Positions 57,197 to 64,000 of a stretch of 64,000 bases of DNA are shown piece after piece; positions within the stretch are counted from its first letter, which is position 1; the number at the start of each line of letters is the position of its first letter. The position numbers and the translations under genes are program-made. The notes under the pieces were generated by a model that worked only from the letters and a program-made list of their open reading frames with translations, did not search any database and was not told where the DNA came from. Origin of the DNA: Parcubacteria group bacterium (GTDB taxonomy: Bacteria; Patescibacteriota; Minisyncoccia; Phycocordibacterales; Zambryskibacteraceae); contig JAQBRH010000002.1 in assembly GCA_028286565.1 (NCBI GenBank), forward strand, positions 145,876 through 209,875, written 5' to 3'.

Positions 57197-58120
57197 TTAC
57201 TTAGAGGTTTCCGCAAGCATTGTGATCGCCTTGGTGACGATGGGCAAAATATCATCATAAAAGTTGAGGTCGAGGATCTCCGCAAGTTTGAACCAGCGCA
57301 CATCGTCGAGTCCGCCCTTCTCCTCTTTCTTCTCAAGCGTCAGCTCTTTGTACGGAGCCTCGGCGAGGAAATACGTCACCTGCTTTTTGATCTTGCCGTG
57401 CTCGGGGTGATAGGTGGTATAAGAATTTTGACCGAGGCGTTCGTTGATGACGACGGGGATGCCGAGTTCTTCTTCGGCTTCGCGAATGAGACAATCTTCG
57501 TCCGATTCATCGCCTTCCACCTTGCCTTTCGTGAGCGTCCAGTGGCCGAAGATATCATGAACGAGGGCGAGATACGTGTCGCCTTCGTGGGTCGCATAGA
57601 CGACCGCACCGGCCAGCCTGTGGATCGGAAGTTCGGAGTCGGGGATGTTCCCGTATTTTTTCTTCGGTCGAGGCTCGTCGTCTTTGCCGGGCTCCCCCAT
57701 CTCTTTGTAGACGGCGCCGAGGACGCCGTTCACGAATTTGCCCGACGTATCTCCGCCGAACGACTTGGCGAGTTCGATAGCCTCATTGATGGCCACCTTG
57801 GGGGGAACTTCCTTGCGGTCGGCAAAAAGAAGCTCAGCCAGGCCGATGCGCAAAATATTCCTGTCGACCGTGGCGATCTTCTCGATCGGCCAATCGGGAG
57901 CGGCTTTTTCTATCAAAAGGTCGAGATCGTTCTTCTTGTCGAGGACGGACTTGAGAAGCGCTTCCATGAACGGCCGGTCTTTGGATTCGGGTGCGAATTC
58001 GATGAGGTTTCGTTCAAACGCCTCCAGAGCATGATCTTTGGTCTTCTTATCAAAATCCCATTCAAAAAGGGTTTGGAGAACTACGGAGCGTGAGAGATGT
58101 CGGTGAGACATAAAGAACAA
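57197..58120 (-). CDS. nusB: NusB antitermination factor fused to a C-terminal NUDIX hydrolase domain
   Basis: The NusB core includes KVAINEAIELAKSFG. The C-terminal half carries a Nudix box GKVEGDESDEDCLIREAEEELGI. Confidence 0.85.
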   Translation of the reverse strand: MFFMSHRHLSRSVVLQTLFEWDFDKKTKDHALEAFERNLIEFAPESKDRPFMEALLKSVLDKKNDLDLLIEKAAPDWPIEKIATVDRNILRIGLAELLFADRKEVPPKVAINEAIELAKSFGGDTSGKFVNGVLGAVYKEMGEPGKDDEPRPKKKYGNIPDSELPIHRLAGAVVYATHEGDTYLALVHDIFGHWTLTKGKVEGDESDEDCLIREAEEELGIPVVINERLGQNSYTTYHPEHGKIKKQVTYFLAEAPYKELTLEKKEEKGGLDDVRWFKLAEILDLNFYDDILPIVTKAITMLAETSK

Positions 58121-58160
58121 AAAGAGCTAAAAATAATTCGTGCCGGCTGGCGGGCCCGGC

Positions 58161-58370
58161 CTATCGGCCGGCCCTGGCCTTGCTCGCCTTCTTGGTCGCC
58201 TTGGCGGCAACGTCGAGAACCTTGCGCCCGCGGTAAGCGCCGGTCTTCGGATTCATGCGGTGTCGCATGTGCGAAGAGGCGCCGTCTGCGGTGAGGGTGG
58301 GCTTTGCGAGGGCGTGATGAGATCGCCTGTTGTTAGACTGCGACCTCGTGTGTCTCATTCGTACTGTCAT
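58161..58370 (-). CDS. rpmF: 50S ribosomal protein L32
   Basis: RRSHHALAKPTLTADGASSHMRHRMNPKTGAYRGRKV matches the L32 pattern. Confidence 0.8.
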   Translation of the reverse strand: MTVRMRHTRSQSNNRRSHHALAKPTLTADGASSHMRHRMNPKTGAYRGRKVLDVAAKATKKASKARAGR

Positions 58371-58457
58371 AGATCGAGTCTAGCAAAAGAAGGGCAAAAA
58401 GAAAAGGCCCGCACAAGGAGGTCGTGTAGACCTTCTCTTGTGCGGGCCTGTGATGGT

Positions 58458-59063
58458 TCACCACCACGGATACTCGGCGATAGCCGACGACTCTTCCGCT
58501 GTGAGAGGCTTTGACATCCACGAACGGAGGCGCTGGCGATACCGACTTTCCACGAGCTCAGACCGGGCGGCGGCGAAGGCGAGGGTCGCGAGGGTCGCGC
58601 GGTAATGGAAAGGAACGGTCTTCCCTTCCGTCTCGCGAAGGAGACTCTCGATCTCTACCATGGTGATAGGACCCAGAACTTCCTTCTGGCCGTCCGGAAG
58701 ATAGAAGTCTCGAAGCGTTCCCGACAGGATCACCATTGGGTACACCACCTTGAGGTGAGTACCGTCCGGATTTTTGTCGTCCGGACCGAGTTCCATGTGG
58801 ATCGGCTCCGCGCTGAGCTGACGCCACTTGAAGGGGCTATCCTTCTTGCCGTTATCCTTGTCCACTTCGTGGATGAGAGAACGGAGCGTGTCCCTGACGG
58901 TCTCGCCGGGCTCTCCGGTCTCGACCGGATGGCGGATGCTCGTCGACCCTCCTCTCGTGTACGGCATGCGGTCGTTCTGCAACTCGCCGCTCGGCTTTTG
59001 CCGAGGAAGGGTGATAAGCACGGAGTGGCTGGTGATGATCGTTTGCTTCGCGCCTGCAAGCAT
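58458..59063 (-). CDS. hypothetical protein (positionally upstream of rpmF, like yceD/DUF177, but no sequence support)
   Basis: ORF only. Confidence 0.4.
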   Translation of the reverse strand: MLAGAKQTIITSHSVLITLPRQKPSGELQNDRMPYTRGGSTSIRHPVETGEPGETVRDTLRSLIHEVDKDNGKKDSPFKWRQLSAEPIHMELGPDDKNPDGTHLKVVYPMVILSGTLRDFYLPDGQKEVLGPITMVEIESLLRETEGKTVPFHYRATLATLAFAAARSELVESRYRQRLRSWMSKPLTAEESSAIAEYPWW

Positions 59064-59190
59064 CGTATCCTCTCGGTCATGGGTATGTAGAGTTCGGATG
59101 CCGCATAAGCGGTCATTCCGTTGTGTATTATAACATAGTTATTAGCAATTTGTCAAGGAGTTTTTAGATATAAAAAAAGCCCCTGAAGGC

Positions 59191-59739
59191 TTAGTGAATG
59201 GCCGCTATCTGGCGGGCGTTTACTTTGGAAAAGGTGCCCTTGAATAGCGCCATCATCTGGCGGATCTTGGCCTTTGGAGTCGGCCATTCCGGATTTCCCG
59301 CAATGACCTCGAGCGCTTGGATGACGTTCGAATCCGTATATCTGCCAGCGAGCTTCGAATGTTCTCTGCAGGCTCCCTCAAGGCCAAGCCTGTCAAATGC
59401 TCCGACCCAGATCACCAGAGATTCATTGATCTCCCTTCCGTTTCCCGCATCGCGGAGAGCGAAGAGGGCCATGGCCGAGAGCGAATGCCGATCCGGCCGC
59501 ATACCGAGGATAGTGGCCTTGCCTCTCGCGTGAACGGGAAATTGAAAGCTGAGCGCCCGCTCGATGAGCGACGTGCCGACCGTTCGAGTGCCCGCGGCTC
59601 GGATATTCCCGAGTCCGCATAGCGACCCGTACCCGGCACCGATGTCGATCCCGAGTAAGAGAGAAGAAGGTACTCCTTTTCTAGCTTGAAGTGACTCAAG
59701 TATTTCGTGATCGTTTAGAAACGTGTATTTGTGCGGCAC
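59191..59739 (-). CDS. hypothetical protein
   Basis: A 182-aa ORF containing LGIDIGAGYGSLCG. Family not recognised. Confidence 0.4.
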   Translation of the reverse strand: MPHKYTFLNDHEILESLQARKGVPSSLLLGIDIGAGYGSLCGLGNIRAAGTRTVGTSLIERALSFQFPVHARGKATILGMRPDRHSLSAMALFALRDAGNGREINESLVIWVGAFDRLGLEGACREHSKLAGRYTDSNVIQALEVIAGNPEWPTPKAKIRQMMALFKGTFSKVNARQIAAIH

Positions 59740-59811
59740 GTAAGCACTGATGAAAGAGGGATGGGAGATGTCTAAGGAAAATATAGTATAAAATGGTATT
59801 TTGTCAAGATA

Positions 59812-60402
59812 TTACTGGTGTGAGTTCAGATTTCGCAAAAAGGTCCTTCTGTGGGAATCCGACGGTCCGTGCTTTTGTATGGCCTCCCGATGAAGTCTTG
59901 TCCCATATCCCTTATGGATATGAAATCCGTACTCGGGATATTTCTTCGACAGCTTGACCATATACCTGTCCCTCGTCACTTTAGCGCACACGCTTGCAAG
60001 CGAGATGACCGGGATCTTCTCATCTCCGCGGATGACAGTAAGCTGGCGCGAGAATTCCTTTGGCGCATGGAGAGCCCCGTCGAGAAATACCTGGTCGCTT
60101 TTGCTTGCGTGTATCTTCTCGAGGCAGCGCTTGATGCCGAGGCGGATGGCAAAACTGATCCCGTGCTTGTCTATGACCTTTTCTGAGACCAGGGAAACCG
60201 CAAAATCGAGCTCTCCCCCTTTTTTGGCTTCGAGGGCGAGACCGTACCAGAGTTCCCGATCCTCCGCCGAGAGCTTTTTTGAATCCTTGATCCCTTTAAA
60301 GAATTTCTTGTTGAAATTCGCACCGACCCGGACCGCCCCTACAGCCACCGGCCCGGCGAGCGGACCTCTGCCTGCTTCATCAATACCTACAAGACAAGTC
60401 AT
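59812..60402 (-). CDS. rnhB: ribonuclease HII
   Basis: VGIDEAGRGPLAGPVAV matches the RNase HII active-site region. Confidence 0.9.
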   Translation of the reverse strand: MTCLVGIDEAGRGPLAGPVAVGAVRVGANFNKKFFKGIKDSKKLSAEDRELWYGLALEAKKGGELDFAVSLVSEKVIDKHGISFAIRLGIKRCLEKIHASKSDQVFLDGALHAPKEFSRQLTVIRGDEKIPVISLASVCAKVTRDRYMVKLSKKYPEYGFHIHKGYGTRLHREAIQKHGPSDSHRRTFLRNLNSHQ

Positions 60403-60440
60403 CGTTAGTAGCTATCATACCCTTATATTATACTGGTCGT

Positions 60441-63400
60441 ATGTCCCGCTTCATACACCTCCATACTCACAGCCACTATTCTCTCCTTGAAGCGCTCCCA
60501 AAGATCCCGGACCTTGTTGAAAAAGCCAAAAAGCTCGGCATGAGTGCTCTTGCCCTCACTGATGCGGGCAATCTCTACGGAGCCATAGAATTCTATAAAG
60601 AATGCACTAGTGAAGGAATAAAGCCCATCATCGGAGTGGATGCGTATATGGCCGCGCGAACCCGGCTCGACAGAGAGCCTCGGATCGACAACTCCCGCTC
60701 AAGGCTCGTCCTCCTCGCCAAGGATGAAGCAGGATATAAAAATCTCCTCTCCCTCGTCACCGCCTCGAACCTCGAAGGCTTCTACTACAAGCCGAGGATC
60801 GACAAGGAACTCTTGGAGAAGTATCACGAAGGCCTCGTCTGTATCATGCCCTCCTTCTCGGGGCAGATCGGGAGATTGGTGGGCATGAAAGACAACGAGA
60901 AGGCGACGGAACTTTTGAATTGGTATAAAAAGCTCTTTGGCGAAGATGATTTTTATCTCGAGATCTCGCATCATCCGGAAATAAACGGCCACGAGGAGAA
61001 GATGCGCGAATTGATCGGCTTTGCCCGCTCGACGAACACCCACTTGGTGGCCGCTCAGGACGTGTATTACCTCGAACCAGAAGACAAGCCGGCTCGAGAC
61101 ACCCTCCTCTCCATCCAGTCGCACGTCGGCAAGGACACCACGGGCAGCTGGAACGGCGAAGAGGAGGACTTTTCATTTATCGACGGAGCAAAGGCCGAGA
61201 AATATTTCAAACACATCCCGGATGCCATAGAGAACACCTCAAAGATCGCGGCCAAATGCAGCCTAGAGCTTGCTCTCGGATCGTGGGTGTTCCCGAACAT
61301 GGAGATCCCGAACGGCCTGACGCCGGACCAAGCCCTCCGCGAGGTGGTCTTCGCCGGCATAGACCGGCGCGGATTGATCAAAACTCCTGAAGTGCTCGGG
61401 CGCATCGAATACGAGCTCAAGGTCATAGAGGACAAAGGCTACCCGAAATATTTCTTGGTCGTGTCCGACCTCCTCCGCTTTGCCCACGAACACGGCATCC
61501 TTACGAACGTCAGAGGTTCGGTGGCCGGTTCCTTGGTCACCTACCTTGCAGGAATTACGAACGTGAACCCGCTTGAATTCAAGCTCCCTTTCGAGCGATT
61601 CTTGAACCCGGACCGCCCTTCGGCACCGGACATCGACATGGACTTCGCCGATACCCGCCGAGACGAGGTGATCGAATACGCCCGCAAAAAATACGGGGCG
61701 GATCATGTGGCTCAGATCGGTACGTTCGGCACCATGATGGCCCGCGGCGCGGTTCGAGACGTGGCCCGAGCCCTCGGATTCCCGTACGGACTCGGCGACC
61801 AGATCGCAAAGCTGATCCCCATGGGCGCTCAGGGATTCCCGATGACCCTCGACCGAGCCATGAAGGAAAACCCGGACCTTAAAAAGCTATACAAAGACGA
61901 TGCGGGCACGAAAACCATCATCGACATGGCCAAGAAGATCGAAGGTTCAGCGAGACACATCTCCGTCCACGCCGCCGGAGTGGTGATCGCTCCTCGGCCT
62001 CTCACCGACTACACCCCGCTCCAGTACGACACCAAGGGCGAGAACAAGATCATCACCCAGTACGACATGTATTCGATCGAGGAAGCCGGTCTCCTCAAGT
62101 TCGACTTCCTCGGCATCCGAAACCTCTCGATCATCGCGGACGCCTTTGACCGCATTAAAAAGATCGAGGGCAAAGACCTTCGCATCGAAGACATCCCGAT
62201 CGATGACAAGAAAACATTCGAGATGCTCGCCCGCGGAGAAACCGAAGGCACCTTTCAGCTGAACGGCGACGGGATGACCAAGGCCCTGACCGAACTGAAG
62301 CCGACGAATATCCACGACATCAACGTCATGGTGGCGCTCTATCGCCCGGGTCCGATGGACAACATCCAGGAATACATCGCCCGAAAGCACGGCAAAAAGC
62401 CCGCCACCTATATGCATCCGAAGATGAAAGATTTCTTGGATACGACCTTCGGCGTGCTCGTCTATCAGGACGATCTCCTCATGACAGCGATCGAGGTCGC
62501 CGGATATTCGTGGGGCGAGGTCGACAAGTTCCGTAAAGCCGTCGGAAAGAAGATCCCGGAGGAAATGAAGAAGCAGCACATCTTGTTCGTCGAGGGCTGC
62601 CAGAAGCACGGAGGGATGAGCAAGGACAAGGCTGAAGCTCTTTGGGAACTCTTCGTCCCCTTCCAAGGCTACGGATTCAACAAGGCGCACGCCGCGAGCT
62701 ATGGGCACATTGCCTACGTGACCGCCTACCTCAAGGCGAACTTCCCCGCCATTTATATGTCCGCCGTCCTCACCGCCGAATCCGGAGACGTGGAAACGAT
62801 CGGCATCATGGTGGCCGAGTGCAAGCGGATGGGCATCGAAGTCCTCCCTCCGTCCGTGAACGAAAGCTTCTCGCAATTCACCGTGGTCACTATCCCCGAC
62901 GAACCCCAGAAGATCCGATTCGGGCTGACCACCATCAAGAACTTCGGGCAGGGCGTCTCGACCGCCATCATTGAAGAAAGAAAAAAGGGCGGCCCGTTCA
63001 AATCCATCGTCGAATTCCTCGACCGGGTAAAGGATAAAAATTTGAATAAAAAATCTCTTGAGTCGCTCATCAAATGCGGAGCGCTCGACGACCTTCCGGG
63101 AAACGATGGCAAGCCTGTGGACCGCGGAGTATTGTGCGCGAACATCGACAGCCTCCTCGCCTATCACAAAGAGCATGCTCAGGCTCCGAGCGACCAGGGT
63201 TCGCTCTTTGGCCTCATGACCGATACCTCGAGCCTTCCCACCCTCCGCCTCAGCCCGGCACCGGAAGCTACGCAAAAAGAGAAATTATTGTGGGAGAAAG
63301 AACTGCTTGGCCTCTACATTTCAGGACATCCTCTCGAAGAGTTCAGAGACAAGATCGAGAAGACGAACGGCAACATCCAAAAACTCGAAGAGTGCAGAGA

Positions 63401-63647
63401 GAACACCGAATGCATCATCGCCGGCCAGATCACGTCTATCCGCGAAGTGATGACCAAGAAGGGCGACCGCATGATGTTCGTCTGCCTCGAGGATTTCTCC
63501 AAATCAGTCGACGTTGTCGTCTTCCCCAAGATCTTTGAAGAGTTCAAGCAATTTCTGGTCCTCGACAACTGCGTAGCCATGAAAGGCAAGGTTTCCAAAA
63601 AGAACGGCGAAACCTCCTTCATCGCCGACAAAGTAAAAAATTTATAA
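60441..63647 (+). CDS. dnaE: DNA polymerase III alpha subunit
   Basis: PHP domain (FIHLHTHSHYSLLEA), palm and fingers regions, and an OB fold. Confidence 0.97.
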   Translation: MSRFIHLHTHSHYSLLEALPKIPDLVEKAKKLGMSALALTDAGNLYGAIEFYKECTSEGIKPIIGVDAYMAARTRLDREPRIDNSRSRLVLLAKDEAGYKNLLSLVTASNLEGFYYKPRIDKELLEKYHEGLVCIMPSFSGQIGRLVGMKDNEKATELLNWYKKLFGEDDFYLEISHHPEINGHEEKMRELIGFARSTNTHLVAAQDVYYLEPEDKPARDTLLSIQSHVGKDTTGSWNGEEEDFSFIDGAKAEKYFKHIPDAIENTSKIAAKCSLELALGSWVFPNMEIPNGLTPDQALREVVFAGIDRRGLIKTPEVLGRIEYELKVIEDKGYPKYFLVVSDLLRFAHEHGILTNVRGSVAGSLVTYLAGITNVNPLEFKLPFERFLNPDRPSAPDIDMDFADTRRDEVIEYARKKYGADHVAQIGTFGTMMARGAVRDVARALGFPYGLGDQIAKLIPMGAQGFPMTLDRAMKENPDLKKLYKDDAGTKTIIDMAKKIEGSARHISVHAAGVVIAPRPLTDYTPLQYDTKGENKIITQYDMYSIEEAGLLKFDFLGIRNLSIIADAFDRIKKIEGKDLRIEDIPIDDKKTFEMLARGETEGTFQLNGDGMTKALTELKPTNIHDINVMVALYRPGPMDNIQEYIARKHGKKPATYMHPKMKDFLDTTFGVLVYQDDLLMTAIEVAGYSWGEVDKFRKAVGKKIPEEMKKQHILFVEGCQKHGGMSKDKAEALWELFVPFQGYGFNKAHAASYGHIAYVTAYLKANFPAIYMSAVLTAESGDVETIGIMVAECKRMGIEVLPPSVNESFSQFTVVTIPDEPQKIRFGLTTIKNFGQGVSTAIIEERKKGGPFKSIVEFLDRVKDKNLNKKSLESLIKCGALDDLPGNDGKPVDRGVLCANIDSLLAYHKEHAQAPSDQGSLFGLMTDTSSLPTLRLSPAPEATQKEKLLWEKELLGLYISGHPLEEFRDKIEKTNGNIQKLEECRENTECIIAGQITSIREVMTKKGDRMMFVCLEDFSKSVDVVVFPKIFEEFKQFLVLDNCVAMKGKVSKKNGETSFIADKVKNL

Positions 63648-63683
63648 TAAAAAAGACCCGCGATGTTTTGCAGATCATTCAGT

Positions 63684-63995
63684 TTAAGAAACGGGTCCTA
63701 ATGCGAGTTTAAGCTGCGACGTTAGCCATTCAAGGATTTCGATGACTGCGGTTCCTGATCCGATCCCCAGCGGGGTTGAAAGAGGCAGCTCGCGGGCTGA
63801 CTCCGCATCGATATCGCCGTTTTCGATCCGGAACGCATCCCCGATTCGAGCTAAGCGGCTGTTGTATTCGGCCTCAAATGCCCGAACTTCTTCTGATTCC
63901 GAGCCGTATAGCCTCGTCAAAAGAATGAGCAGCGCCTGAACCCTGTTGTCGATCTGCGCAATGTCACCAAACGTCCTGATCTGCATCGCGGACAT
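63684..63995 (-). CDS. hypothetical protein
   Basis: ORF only, near the window end. Confidence 0.3.
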   Translation of the reverse strand: MSAMQIRTFGDIAQIDNRVQALLILLTRLYGSESEEVRAFEAEYNSRLARIGDAFRIENGDIDAESARELPLSTPLGIGSGTAVIEILEWLTSQLKLALGPVS

Positions 63996-64000
63996 CTCCT

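Noticed and set aside
1-64000. CRISPR arrays, rRNA genes, transposases and integrases
   Set aside because: No regularly spaced direct repeats with unique spacers were found. No rRNA-like conserved blocks were found. No DDE, serine or tyrosine recombinase motifs were recognised in any frame.

Overview
The window reads as a gene-dense bacterial chromosome segment made mostly of housekeeping genes. Many are compact versions of the usual proteins: a short UvrC, a hinge-less short SMC, a PriA whose ATPase motifs are degenerate, and long low-complexity tails on RpoD and RpsP. That pattern is consistent with a small-genome lineage such as the Patescibacteria/CPR, but this is an inference and is not proven by the sequence. 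The core genes present are a two-component system, ddl, uvrC, uvrA, tgt, uvrB, mreB, priA, def, fmt, hpf, msrA, typA, truB, hisS, a DsbA-like protein, a UvrD-like helicase-nuclease, rpoD, dnaG, rpoC, rpoB, trmD, a KH-domain protein, rpsP, rnr, smc, rnc, nusB, rpmF, rnhB and dnaE. There are four tRNAs (Ala-UGC, Val-CAC, Asn-GUU) and no rRNA or CRISPR. Two tRNA-adjacent accessory patches stand out: (i) A roughly 3 kb segment on the 3' side of tRNA-Asn is bounded by direct repeats that copy the tRNA 3' end. It carries a secreted DUF3494/ice-binding-like protein with a peptidoglycan-binding domain, a Cys-rich protein and an unknown 148-aa protein, each with a TTGACA-containing repeat in its promoter. 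(ii) On the 3' side of tRNA-Ala sits a tandem array of four small genes, at least three apparently paralogous, each preceded at a fixed distance by a conserved 14-nt motif. The two patches share a 20-nt sequence. Other notable points are a cluster of five DnaA-box-like 9-mers next to an AT-rich tract in the rpoB leader, a dispersed palindromic element with three copies, a NusB-Nudix fusion, a PriA lacking Walker A/B, and a contiguous rpoB-rpoC-dnaG-rpoD arrangement. All calls rest on reading motifs by eye; no database search was run.
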